This document shows, in pieces, positions 25,261 through 38,676 of a stretch of DNA of 64,000 bases (position 1 is the stretch's first letter; the number at the start of each line of letters is the position of its first letter). Where the stretch lies: assembly GCF_964355755.1 (NCBI RefSeq), contig NC_092680.1, positions 10,664,001-10,728,000 of the forward strand, written 5' to 3'. A program made the position numbers and the translations under genes. The notes beneath the pieces are model-generated. The model had not been told where the DNA came from. It saw only the letters and a program-made list of their open reading frames with translations, and did not search any database. This DNA comes from Antedon mediterranea. Its lineage: Eukaryota; Animalia; Echinodermata.

Positions 25261-28200
25261 ATGATGTTAGCACAATATATGTGCATAAATGGCAATATTA
25301 TATAGCATAATTTTTGAATTTCAAAAAGTGGAAATTTTGGCAATTTTTCGAAAAAATTTCAATGGTCCCCCGCAGCGAAATTTTCGAAAAATTGCCAAAT
25401 TTCGACCCTTTTATTTTTTGACATAACTAGTTACGATGGCTCTATAAGATGATTCTATCACAATATATTTGTATAAATGCCAATATAATAGCATAATTAT
25501 TGAATTTTAAAAAGTGGAAATTTTGGCCATTTTTCATAAAAATTCCTATGAAATTTTCGCAAAAATGGCCAAATTTCAAACCTTTTATTTGTTGACATAA
25601 CTAGTTACTATGGCTCTATAAGATGATGATAGCACAATATATTTGCATAAATGGCAATATTATATAGCATACTTTTTTAATTTTAAAAAGTAGACATTTT
25701 TGGCATTTTTCGAAAAAATTCCTATGGTCCCCCGCAGGATAATTTTCGCAAAAATGGTAAAATTTCAAACCTTTTATTTTTTTGACATAACTAGTTACTC
25801 TTGCTGTATAAGATGAGTTTAGCACAATATATTTGCATTAATGGCAATATTATAGCATAATTTTCGAATTTCAAAAAGTGTAAATTTTCGCCATTTTTCG
25901 AATAAAAACCTTATGGTCCCCCAAAGGGAAATTTTCGAAAAATGGCCAAATTTAGACCCTTTTATTTTTTGACATAACTAGTTACTATGGCTCTATAAGA
26001 TGATGTTAGCACAATATATGTGCATAAATGGCAATATTATAGCATAATTTTTGAATTTCAAAAAGTTGAAATTTTGGCAATTTTTCGAAAAAAATCCTAT
26101 GGTCCCCCGCAGGCGAAATTTTCTTTACACGTCAGATAAGGCAGAAATCATGAATAATTCATTCAAGTGTAAATTTTCGCCATTTTTCGAATAAAAACCT
26201 TATGGTCCCCCAAAGGGAAATTTTCGAAAAATGGCCAAATTTAGACCCTTTTATTTTTTGACATAACTAGTTACTATGGCTCTATAAGATGATTCTAACA
26301 CAATATATTTGCATAAATGCCAATATAATAGCATAATTATTGAATTTTAAAAAGTGGAAATTTTGGCCATTTTTGGAAAAAAATTCCTATGGTCCCCCGC
26401 AGGGAAATTTTCACGAAAATAGCCAAATTTCAAATCTTTTATTTTTGGACATAACTAGTTACTATGGCTCTATAAGATGATGTTAGCACAATATATGTGC
26501 ATAAATGGCAATATTATAGCATAATTTTTGAATTTCAAAAAGTGGAAATTTTGGCAATTTTTCGAAAAAATTTCAGTGGTCCCCCGCAGCAAAATTTTCA
26601 AAAAAATTGCCAAAGTTTGACCCTTTTATTTTTTGACATAACTAGTTACGATGGCTCTTTAAGATGATTCTAACACAATATATTTGCATAAATGCCAATA
26701 TAATAGCATAATTATTGAATTTTAAAAATTGGAAATTTTTGCCATTTTTCGAAAAAAAGAATGGAGTAAAAGAATTAAACGAAGGAGACTAAAATGGTAT
26801 GGACACATAATTAGATTACCGGATGATACCCCAATCAAACAAACAATGAAGGAAACTAACAGGAAAGTAAAACGACCCGTAGGAAGACCAAGAAATAACT
26901 GGATGAATCAAATAAAGAAAGACTTACAAGGACTAGTAGACACTAACACAATAACAAACCATCCTGCCATAAACAGAAAAAAATGGAAACAAATTGTGGA
27001 AAGCGTAATGTCGGAAGACGGAAAACGTTAACAACAAACAGTTTCGAAAAAATTCCTATGAAATTTTCGCAAAATTGGCAAAATTTCAAACCTTTTATTT
27101 TTTGACATAACTAGTTACTATGGCTCTATAAGATGATGTTAGCACAACATATTTGCATAAATGGCAATATTATATAGCATACTTTTTTAATTTTAAAAAG
27201 TAGAAATTTTTGCCATTTTTCGAAAAAATCCTATGGTCCCCCGCAGGGAAATTTTCGAAAAAATGGCAAAATTTCAAACCTTTTATTTTTTGACAAAACA
27301 ACTAGTTACTCTGGCTGTATAAGATGATGTTAGCACAATATATTTGCATAAATGGCAATATTATAGCATAATTTTCGAATTTAAAAAAGTGTAAATTTTC
27401 GCCATTTTTCGAATAAAAATCTTATGGTCCCCCGAAGGGAAATTTTCGAAAAATGGCCAAATTTAGACCCTTTTATTTTTTGACATAACTAGTTACTATG
27501 GCTCTATAAGATGATGTTAGCACAATATATGTGCATAAATGGCAATATTATAGCATAATTTTTGAATTTCAAAAAGTGGAAATTTTGGCAATTTTACGAA
27601 AAAATTCCTATGGTCCCCCACAACGGAATTTTCGAAAAATTGCCAAATTTCGACCCTTTTGTTTTTTGACATAACTAGTTACGATGGCTATATAAGATGA
27701 TTCTAACACAATATATTTGCATAAATGCCAATATAATAGCATAATTATTGATTTTTAAAAAGTGGAAATTTTTGTCATTTTTCGAAAAGAATTCCTAACG
27801 CAGGGAAATTTTCGAAAAAATGGCAAAATTTCAAACCTTTTATTTTTTGACATAATTAGTTACTAAGGATCTATAAGATGATGTTAGCACAATATATTTG
27901 CATAAATGGCAATATTATAGCATACTTTTTGAATTTTAAAAAGTAGAAATTTTGGCAATTTTTCGAAAAAATTCCTATGGCAGGGACATTTTCGCAAAAA
28001 TGGCAAAATTTCAAACCTTTTATTTTTTGACATAACTAGTTACTCTGGCTGTATAAGATGTATATATTTGCATAAATGGCAATATTATAGCATAATTTTC
28101 AAATTTAAAAATGTGTAAATTTTCGCAATTTTTCGAATAAAAATCTTATGGTCCCCCGAAGGGAAATTTTCGAAAAATTACCAAATTTAGACCCTTTTAT

Positions 28201-29004
28201 TTTTTGACATAACTAGTTACATAAGATGATGTTAGCACAATATATTCGCATAAATGGCAATATTATATAGCATACTTTTTTAATTTCAAAAAGTGGAAAT
28301 TTTGGCCATTTTTCGAAAAAATTCCAATGGTCCCCCGCAGCGAAATTTTCGAAAAATTGCCAAATTTTGACCCTTTTATTTTTTTACATAACTAGTTACG
28401 ATGGCTCTATAAGTTGATTCTAACACAATATATTTGCATAAATGCCAATATAATAGCATAATTATTGAATTTTAAAAAGTGGAAATTTTGGTCATTTTTC
28501 GAAAAGAATTCCTATGGTCCCCCGCAGGGAAATTTTCACAAAAATGGCAAAATTTCAAACCTTTTATTTTTTGACATAACTAGTTACTATGGCTCTATAA
28601 AATAATGTTAGCACAATATATGTGCATAAATGGCAATATTATAGCATAATTTTTTAATTTCAAAAAGTGGAAATTTTGGCAATTTTTCGAAAAAATTCCA
28701 ATGGTCCCCCGCAGCGAAATTTTCGAAAAATTGCCAAATTTCGACCCTTTTATTTTTTTACATAACTAGTTACAATGGCTCTATAAGATGATTCTAACAC
28801 AATATATTTGCATAAATGCCAATATAATAGCATAATTATTGAATTTTAAAAAGTGGAAATTTTTTCCATTTTTCGAAAAAATTCCTATGGTCCCCCGCAG
28901 GGAAATTTTCGCAAAAATGGCCAAATTTCAAACCTTTTATTTTTTGACATAACTAGTTATTCTGGCTCTATAAGATGATTCTAACACAATATATTTGCAT
29001 AAAT
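25261..29004. repeat. Satellite A array containing the RTE fragment
   Basis: ~187 bp monomers. Confidence 0.95.
26758..27041 (+). mobile_element. 5'-truncated RTE/RTE-X-type LINE 3' end with target-site duplication
   Basis: Encodes IKRRRLKWYGHIIRL...RPVGRPRNNW..QIKKDL (RTE C-terminal pattern); short caa-type tail; tttcgaaaaaa on both sides (26747-26757, 27042-27052). Confidence 0.85.
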
Positions 29005-30830
29005 AAAGTTTCATCGAAATGCACAAATTGGTATAAGACGTTTCCAAATGCGATTTGAAGCTATTCTAAGCACTTTTGGGTTTTTATGTTAACAAGTTTA
29101 TTAAAAAATGAACAAAATGGTTTAAAACGTCTCCAAATGCGATTTGAAGCTATTCTAAGCACGTTGGTGTTTTTATGTTAACAAGTTTTTCCCATTTTGT
29201 GATTTTCGAAAAAAACTTGTTAACATAAAAACACCAAAGTGCTAAGAATAGCTGCTTCAAATCGCATTTGGAAACGTTTTAGATCATTTTGTGCATTTCA
29301 ATGAAACTTGGTTACACAAAAACATCAAATTGCTTAAAATCACATTAGAATCCGTTTTAGACCATTTTGAGCATTTCGAAAAAACTTTTCATACAAAAAT
29401 ATCAAAGAGCATAAAATAGCTTAATATCGTATTTGAAAAACGTTTTAGACCATTTTGAGCATTTCGACAAACTTTTTCACACAAAACATGAAAGTGTACA
29501 GAATAGCTTCAAATCGCATTTGGAGACGTTTTAGACCATTTTGTGATTTTCGAAAAAACTTGTTAACATAAAAACACCAAAGTGCAAATCGCATTACGAG
29601 ACGTTTTAGATCATTTTGTGATTTCCGAATAAAATTGTTAACATAAAAGCACCAAAGTGCTAAGAATAGCTTCAAATCGCATTTGGAGACGTTTTTGACC
29701 ATTTTGTGATTTTCGAAAAAACTTGTTAACATAAAAACACCAAAGTGCTAAGAATAGCTTCAAATCGCATTTGGAGACGTTTTAGACCATTTTCTGATTT
29801 TCGAGAAAACTTGTTAACATAAAAACTCCAAAGTGCTTAAAATAGTTTCAAATCGCATTTGGAGACGTTTTAGACTATTTTGTGATTTTCGAAAAAACTT
29901 AACATAAAAACACCAAAGTGCTTAGAATAGCTTCAAATCGCATTTGGAGACGTTTTAGACCATTTTGTTCATTTCGATGAAACTTGGTTTCTTAGCTCTT
30001 TGGTGTTTTTATGTTAACAAGTTTTTTTGAAAATCACAAAATGCTCTAAAAACGTCTCCAAATGCGAATTGAAGCTATTCTTAGCCCTTTGGTGTTTTTA
30101 TGTTAACAACTTTTTTTGAAAATCACAAAATGGTCTAAAACGTCTCCAAATGCAATTTGAAGCTATTCTGTACATTTTGATGTTTTGTGTGAAAAAGTTT
30201 TGTCAAAATGCTCAAAATGGTCTAAAATGTTTTTAAATACGATATTAAGCTATTTTGTGCTCTTTGTTGTTTTTGTGTGAAAAGTTTTATCGAAATGCTC
30301 AAAATGGTCTAAGACGGTTTCTAATGTGATTTTAAGCACTTTCATGTTTTTGTGTAACCAATTTTTTTCGAAAATCACAAAATGGTCTAAAACGTCTCCA
30401 AATGCGATTTGAAGCTATTCTGTACACTTTGATGTTTTATGTGAAAAAGTTTTGTCGAAATGCTCAAAATGGTCTAAAACGTTTTCAAATACGATATTAA
30501 GCTATTTTGTGCTCTTTGATGTTTTTGTGTGAACAGTTTTATCGAAATGCTCAAAATGGTCTAAAACGGTTTCTAATTTGATTTTAAGCACTTTGATGTT
30601 TTTGTGTAACCAAGTTTCATCGAAATGCACAAAATGGTCTAAAACGTCTCCAAATGCGATTTGAAGCTATTCTAAGCACTTTTGTGTTTTTGTGTTAACA
30701 AGTTTTTTCGAAAATCACAAAATTGTCTAAAACGTCTCCAAATGCGATTTGAAGCTTTTTTGTACACTTTGATGTTTTGTGTGAAAAAGTTTTGTCGAAA
30801 TGCTCAAAATGGTCTTAAACGTTTTTAAAT
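29005..30830. repeat. Satellite B array copy 3 (~0.9 kb shorter)
   Basis: Same ends and inversion junctions; lacks the block equivalent to ~850-1760. Confidence 0.92.
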
Positions 30831-31854
30831 CTCTCATCCTCGTATAAAGAAATTATTGATAGGAATGCTGTATTAGAGGAACAAGTCAAGACGTTACAGG
30901 TTCTAGTAAGTGAACAGGATTTCAAACAACCAAGATGTTCAGCAAAGAGATCAGTTGTAAAATCAAATACTCAAACATCTATTAATTTGAATAACCCTTG
31001 CCTCAGTATCACTAGGAGGGAAGAAGGCAAAGTCTGTGAAGAAAATTTGCAAAATATTACTTATAATAATGTATCACCTAAGCCTACAAAGAAAGCCGAA
31101 CAAATTACAGCAAAACAACTTCCAGCTAAACAAATTCCAGCTAAACAAATTCCAGTTAAACAGATTCCAGCCAAACAAATTCCAGCTAATCAACAAAGAA
31201 ATCTAATAATAGGTGACTCTATGCTGAAGCATATTAAGACAAATGGTCTATGTGAAACATCTGTGAGAACATTAAGAGGAGCAACTGTGGAACAAGTTAA
31301 CTATACATTATGTGAAATCGATCTGACCAATGTAGAAAATTTTGTCATTCATGCTGGAACAAATGACTGTTGCGATATCAACTTTGACTTGGATAGGCTA
31401 AAGAACGACTACACTGATATGATATCAAGGCTTAAAATGAAGATAACAGGCGAGGTTTTCATCTCAGCGATTTGCCCGAGACTTGATGATCTTTCATTAA
31501 ACAGACGCGTATTTGACGTAAATGAAATGCTCAAATATTCTTTCGGTAACATTGTTATGGATCACAGCCGAGCTTTCACTACACGATATGGAGTGGATTC
31601 ATCAAAGTTTACAAGTCATGGTTTACATCTTAACTTGAGGGGTACATCAGCCTTGGTTAAGAGTATTAATAATGTACTGTCAATAATATCACCAAAGAAA
31701 AATAGAAGAACTGGAAGCACGCACACTAGAGATCATCAAAGCATGCCTGTAGCAAATTGTCATTTCTGTTTTTTGCAGACATGGAAAAGCAGTTGTATGT
31801 TGGGTTTGTAAACAAGTAGGACATAAAGCGAAATTTTGCCAAGTTGAACACTGA
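30831..31854 (+). pseudogene. LINE ORF1 remnant, copy 3
   Basis: ORF 30987-31811 with SGNH motifs. Confidence 0.85.
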
Positions 31855-31896
31855 AAAAATGGCAAAGTAGATGAAGCCGTAATAAATGTAGCTAAG

Positions 31897-32751
31897 ATGA
31901 AGAGTGCTGATGATAATGACATAACATTAAATGAAATTTATATAAACAATGATTCTAGTAATAATAGCAGTAATATAGTAAATTCAGGTAACACAAAATC
32001 AAGTAAAATGTTAAGTTTATTCTATTGTAATATAAGAAGTATGAAAAACAAATTATTAGATTTCAATGTTAGATTTTCTTCTTCGTCTCATGACGTCATT
32101 GCTATATCAGAGACATGGCCCGATAGCACAGTATATGATAGTCAGCTTTTAAACAATGATTATACCATTTTTAGAAAGGATAGAAATTCTCATGGAGGTG
32201 GGGGGGGTTTAATTGCTTGTAAAACATGTTTAAATCCATCTTTATGCACAGATCTCAATGTTGATACACTTGAACTGATTTGGATAGAATGTCATTGTAA
32301 TATAGGTAAAATTTTATTAGGAGTGTTTTATAGGCCGCCTTCTTCAAATGTTCAATATTTAAATTCCTTTATTGATAATATAGATAAAGTTCAAGCAAAA
32401 GTTGTTGATTACAAACAGGTATTACTCATAGGCGACTTTAATATTCATGTTGATTGGAATTGTTTGAATGTGAACAATGGTTTATCCGCCCAAGCAGGAA
32501 GCTTGGTAGAAGGAACAATGGCAACTGGACTAGTGCAAATAATAGACCAGCCTTCTTATGTAACACGAAATGGGGATGGGCACTTTTTGGACTTGGCTTT
32601 TGTTAGTAATCCACTTTTAATTGATAAATGTCAAATTATTAACAATTTTGACTCATGTGATCATGAGGCAATTGAGATATGTCTAAGGATATCAAAACAA
32701 CGTGACAAAGTTATAACAAAAACTGTATATGTACTAAAAAATGCAGATTAG
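31897..32751 (+). CDS. Uninterrupted 284-aa LINE AP-endonuclease domain ORF (truncated ORF2)
   Basis: All APE motifs in one frame from ATG to TAG; probably still a pseudogene fragment. Confidence 0.6.
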   Translation: MKSADDNDITLNEIYINNDSSNNSSNIVNSGNTKSSKMLSLFYCNIRSMKNKLLDFNVRFSSSSHDVIAISETWPDSTVYDSQLLNNDYTIFRKDRNSHGGGGGLIACKTCLNPSLCTDLNVDTLELIWIECHCNIGKILLGVFYRPPSSNVQYLNSFIDNIDKVQAKVVDYKQVLLIGDFNIHVDWNCLNVNNGLSAQAGSLVEGTMATGLVQIIDQPSYVTRNGDGHFLDLAFVSNPLLIDKCQIINNFDSCDHEAIEICLRISKQRDKVITKTVYVLKNAD

Positions 32752-34648
32752 CAGAAAAGCATATTAATTAATTTTAATTGGGAAAATTGTTTTATGTTTG
32801 AAAATATGAATCTGTGCCTATTAAGAAAAGAAATAAAACTAAATTATTTCCATGGATTACTACAGAAATTAAGAAACTTTGTACAAAGAAAAGAAAATTA
32901 TATAGGAAGGCTAAGATTTCTTTTTTTTTTTTTTTGAAAATAAATATTGTTTTTGAAAGTGAAATATTGTTATAGTTGTAAATGTCAGGCCTAAACAAGT
33001 GGACCTTTTTTAAAATCAGAAACAAAGTTGCATGACATTATTTTTCATTGATTGATCATTCATTTCATATAAATAGACTATTATCAGCTCTTCACTCATC
33101 TAGTGGGTTGTGGCGTAACCGGTAATGCTCAGGTTTGAGTTCTCTCAGTAGTGGGTTCGAATCTCTAGGAATATATATATATTTTTTTTTAATTGAAAAT
33201 AAATATTGTTTTTGATAGTGAGATATTTTATTTTTATGGTTGTAAATGACATGCCTAACCAAGTCGACCTTTTTAAAAATCAGAAATGAAGTTGCATAGC
33301 ATTATTTTTCATTGATTGATTTATCCATTCATATAAATAGACTATTATCAGCTCTTCAGTCATCTACTGGTTTGTGGCGTAACGGGTAATGCTCAGGTTT
33401 GAGTGCTCTCAGCAGTGGGTTCGAACCTATACGGGTATTTTTTTCTTTTTTTTTTAATTGAAAATAAATATTGTTTTTGAAAGTGAGATATTTTTATGGT
33501 TGTAAATGTCATGCCTAACCAAGTGGACCTTTTTTAAAATCAGAAACAAAGTTGCATAACATCATTTTACATTGATTGATCATTCATTTCATATAAATAG
33601 ACTATTATGATCTCTTCAGGCATCTACTGGTTTGTGGCGTAACCGGTAATGCTCATGTTTGAGTTCTCTCAGTAGTGGGTTTGAACCTCTTGGGATATTT
33701 TTTTTCGTTTTTTTTTTAATTGAAAATAAATATTGTTTTTGAAAGTGAGATATTTTGAGGGTTGTAAATGCATGGCCTAAAGAAAAGGACCTTTTTTAAA
33801 ATCAGAAACAAAGTTGCATAACATCATTTTACATTGATTAATTATTTATTTCATATAAATAGAGTATTATTAGCTCTTCAGTCATCTACTGGTTTGTGGC
33901 GTAGCGGGTAATGCTCAAGTTTGAGTGCTCGCAGTAGTGGGTTCGCACCTCTAAGGAAATTTTTATTTATTTTTTTTTTAAATTGAAAAAAAATATTGTT
34001 TTTGAAAGTGAGATATTTTGAGGGTTGTAAATGTCAGGCCTAAAGAAGTGGACCTTTTTTAAAATCAGAAACAAAGTTGCATGGCATTATTTTTCATTGA
34101 TTGATCATTAATTTCATATTATCAGCTCTTCAGTCATCTACTGGTTTGTGGCGTAACGGGTAATACTCAGGTCTGAGTGCTCTCAGTAGTTAGTTCTAAC
34201 CTCTAGGGATATTTCTTTTTTCTTTTTTTTTAATTGAAAATAAATATTGTTTTTGATAGTGAGATATTTTTATGGTTGTAAATGTCATGCCTAATCAAGT
34301 CGACCTTTTTAAAAATCAGAAATAAAGTTGCATAGCATTATTTTTCATTGATTGATCATCCATTCATATAAATAGACTATTATCAGCTCCTCAGTCATCT
34401 ACTGGTTTGTGGCGTAACGGGTAATGCTCAGGTTTGAGTGCTCCCAGTAGTGCGTCGAACCTCTAGGGATATTTTTTTTCTTTTTTTTTAAATTTAAAAT
34501 AAATATGGTTTTTGAAAGTGTGATATTTTGAGGGTTGTAAATGTCAGGCCTAAACAAGTGGACATTTTTTCAATCAGAAACAAAGTTGCATGGCATTATT
34601 TTTCATTGATTGATCATTCATTTCATATAAATAGACTATTATGAGCTC

Positions 34649-36723
34649 GGCCGTTCCAAGGCAAAACAACGTAACTACAAAATGTTGCTTTTCGAGAAAA
34701 ATTGAATTGAAGTTTGAGTGTTTGCATTTCAACAACAAATTATCGTAATGATGTGAAATTTTGCATGAGTATATATAAATAATAATTATTATACAGATAT
34801 TGACTGCTTAGAGGTTAAATATAAGATTTGACATCCCCGAGGGAATGATATTAAGTTCGAGGGAATATATATTTCCCAAAGCGCCAGCTGAGGGAAATAT
34901 ATATTCCCCGAGAACTTAATATCATTCCCGAGGGGATGTCAAATCTTATATTTAACCGATATAAAAGGCAATATCTGTTATATTATATAGCCAAGAACAA
35001 GTCTGCTGGGTTGGGTGAAGCTAGGTTAGGCCTCAATCCTATAGTATTTGTATTGTATTTAAACAAGCCTGCTTAGACACCTTACCTTGCGAAGAATAAT
35101 ATACAGATAATTACTAATTAATGATTCCTTGGAAATAAAATATTCACTTAGGCCTAGGTCGTTTAAATTAACAGAAGAATTTCCATCAATAAGCCTATTA
35201 AAAATAATAATATTATAATCATGGAGGTATTTATACCTCCATGATTATAATCAGGTAGGCCGAATAAACAATTCGTCTTCTTCTCGATCTTCGAGGAGCC
35301 GAATCACCGGATGTTCAGCGCGTACTAGTTACTAGGTTACTACTGTGAGTATTGACCAATCACAAACGGTGTTTCATCACATTTAGGGTGGACTTATAAC
35401 AAATGAGGGCGGTATGTATGCATAGTTTAAATAGTTTAGATGATTAATAATTAATTTCTTCAAGCAACTTTCGTGGCGCAGCGGTTGAAGCGTTGTCTTG
35501 CGATGAAGTGACAATTCCACCCGAGTTCAAGATCGAGTTGATGACTTTTGTTTATTTATCGGCAACGCGAGTGTTGGCACACGAAAATTACACAGTCAAT
35601 ATCATCGTACTCGAGAATCTATATGTTTAATGACAGGGGACACGATAATTACGCGAAAATTACACAGTCAATATCATCGTTCTCGAGGATATATACGATT
35701 TACGATCCTCGCAGCGGTAGTCATGTGATGCAGTTTCAACCAATCACGTTAGCGTATTTACATAGGCTATGTAATATTATTAAATACAAAATGTTAAATA
35801 ATTTAAACAATTTGATCAAAAGTTATTAGCACTTTTAACAGATACGTTGTTTTGCCTTAGAAATGACGTGCATAGAATGAAAGTCATTTCTGAGGCAAAA
35901 CAACGTAACTGCGATATTCTGTGGCAAAACAACGTAACTGTGGTCATTCCATGGCAAAACAACGTAACTGTGATGATTTTAAAAACAATGGATTGAAACT
36001 CTTTTTGAACAAAAGGGAAGGCTGCGATCATCTATGATGGCTAGGAACTAGGTTGGCTTAACAAAGAGTGCATTTGAAGCTAGGCTTAGCCATTTGCATC
36101 TACTATTTATGATATAGACTTATTACATTATTATGTTATAGCCTACCTACTAGCCTGCTACTACAAGGCCTACGTACAACAATGCAAAGACGCCCGTCCA
36201 ACTAGGCTAGGGATAGCCTAGTTTCAATGACAATACTTGTGTACTTGGCTAGATTAGGTAGGTCTGTAAAAATAATAGCCTAGCCTAGTTTCAAGCTTGC
36301 CTGAACTTTTTCGTAAATATAGTTAATTCTTAGAATAAATTTTAATACATTAAATTAGTTGTCTAGCGTAATAAGCCTAATATTGTTTAATATATCTTTT
36401 ACTTTTAGTTAAGATCGTTGCTATGCCTATCGTCATGCATCAGTGGTTTCTGTCTCAAAATTACGTAACTTAGCTGATTGTGAGAATTTGAAGCGAAAAT
36501 CGTAGACATTTCCGTGGCAGATCTGGTAGATACGTTGTTTTGCCTTGGAAAATACCAGAATTATTTGTTTTTTGCTTAAAGATACGTGGTACTATCTGTA
36601 AAATTAATGATCTCTGAAACCTGAAATTTTTTCAGGTTGTTCTTAAATTTGTAATAATTCCCCAAATGTAAAAATCTCAAAATTGACAAAAATGCGAGTT
36701 ATGTGGTAGGCCTTGGAACGGCC
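34649..36723. mobile_element. MITE-like TIR element, copy 3, carrying a nested insertion
   Basis: Same TIRs; 2075 bp = 1087 + 988. Confidence 0.9.
34793..35774. mobile_element. 982-bp non-coding palindromic insertion, Crypton-like (family assignment tentative)
   Basis: Absent from copies 1, 2, 4; flanked by tattat direct repeats; no TIR joining its two ends; 65-bp internal inverted repeat. Confidence 0.7.
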
Positions 36724-38676
36724 GAGCTCTTCAGTCATCTATTGGTTTGTGGCGTAACGGGTAATGCTCAGGTTTGAGTGCTCTCAGCAGTGGGTTCGAA
36801 CCTATACGGGTATTTTTTTTCTTTTTTTTTTATTGAAAATAAATATTGTTTTTGAAAGTGAGATATTTTGAGGGTTGCAACTGTCTAGCCTAAACAAGTG
36901 AACCTTTTTTAAAGTCAGAAAGAAAGTTGCATGGCATTATTTTTCATTGATTGATCATCTATTTCATATAAATAGACTATTACCAGCTCTTCAGTCATCT
37001 ACTGGTTTGCGGCGTAACGGGTAATCCTCAGGTTTGAGTGATTTCAATAGTGGGTTTGAACTTCCAGGGATATTTTTTTTCTTTTTTTTTTATTCGAAAA
37101 TAAATATTGTTTTTGAAAGTGAAATATTGTTATAGTTGTAAATGTCAGGCCTGAACAAGTGGACCTTTTTTAAAATCAGAAACAAAGTTGCATAACATTA
37201 TTTGTCATTGATTGATCATTCATTTCATATAAATAGACTATTATCAGCTCTTCACTCATCTACTGGGTTGTGGCGTAACCGGTAATGCTCAGGTTTGAGT
37301 TCTCGCAGTAGTGGGTTCGAATCTCTAGGAATATTTTTTCTTTTTTTTTTTATTGAAAATAAATATTGTTTTTGATAGTGAGATATTTTTATGGTTGTAA
37401 ATGTCATGCCTAACCAAGTCGACCTTTTTAAAAATCAGAAATGAAGTTGCATAGCATTATTTTTCATTGATTGATCATCCATTCATATAAATAGACTATT
37501 ATCAGCTCTTCAGTCATCTACTGGTTTGTGGCGTAACGGGTAATGCTCAGGTTTGAGTGCTCGCAGTAGTGGGTTCGAACCTCTACGGGAATTTTTTTGT
37601 TTTTTTTTATTGAAAATAAAAATTGTTTTTGAAAGTGAGATATTTTATGGTTGTAAATGTCAGGCCTAACCAAGTGGACCTTTTTTAAAATCATAAACAA
37701 AGTTGCATAAGATTATTTTTCATTGATTGATCATCCATTCATATAAATAGACTATTATAAGCTCTTCAGTCATCTACTGGTTTGTGGCGTAGCGGGTAAT
37801 GCTCAAGTTTGAGTGCTCGCAGTAGTGTGTTCGCACCTCTAAGGATATTTTTATTTATTTTTTTTTTAAATTGAAAATAAATATTGTTTTTGAAAGTGAG
37901 ATATTTTGAGGGTTGTAAATGTCAGGCCTAAACAAGTGGACCTTTTTTAAAATCAGAAAGAAAGTTGCATGGCATTATTTTTTCATTGATTGATCATTCA
38001 TTTCATATAAATAGACTATTATCAGCTCCTCCGTCAACTACTGGTTTGTGGCATAACGGGTAATACTCAGGTCTGAGTGCTCTCGGTAGTGGGTTCTAAC
38101 CTCTAGGGATATTTCTTTTTTCTTTTTTTTTCAATTGAAAATAAATATTTTTTTTGAAAATGAGATATTTTGAGAGTTGTAAATGTCAGGCCTAAAGAAG
38201 TGGACCTTTTTTAAAATCAGAAACAAAGTTGCATGGCATTATTTTTCATTGATTGATCATTAATTTCCTATTATCAGCTCTTCAGTCATCTACTGGTTTG
38301 AGGCATAACGGGTAATACCCAGGTTCGAGTGCTCTCAGTAGCGGGTTCCAACCTCTAGGGATATTGCTTTTTTTTTTAAATTGAAAATAAATATTTTTTT
38401 GGAAAATGAGATATTTTGGGGGTTGTAAATGTCAGGCCTAAAGAAATGGATCTTTTTTAAAATCAGAAACAAAGTTGCATGGCATTATTTTTCATTGATT
38501 GATCATTCATTTCATATAAATAGAGTATTATCAGCTCTTCAGTCATCTACTGGTTTGTGGCGTAACGGGTAATGCTCAAGTTTGTGTGCTCTCAGCATTG
38601 GGTTCGAACCTCTACGGATATTTTTATTTTTTTATAATTATTTTTTTTTAATTGAAAATAAATATTGTTTTTGAAA

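Larger units (their letters stand above)
30831..32920 (+). mobile_element. CR1/L2-clade LINE fragment, copy 3
   Basis: Same junctions and ORFs as copy 1. Confidence 0.88.
32921..38676 (+). repeat. Array C copy 3 (~14 tRNA-like cassettes)
   Basis: Same monomer order as copy 1 plus one extra monomer near 37264. Confidence 0.92.

Noticed and set aside
35548-35829. 93-aa ORF in the nested element
   Set aside because: TTG start, translates a direct repeat and runs through the element boundary; no recombinase motifs
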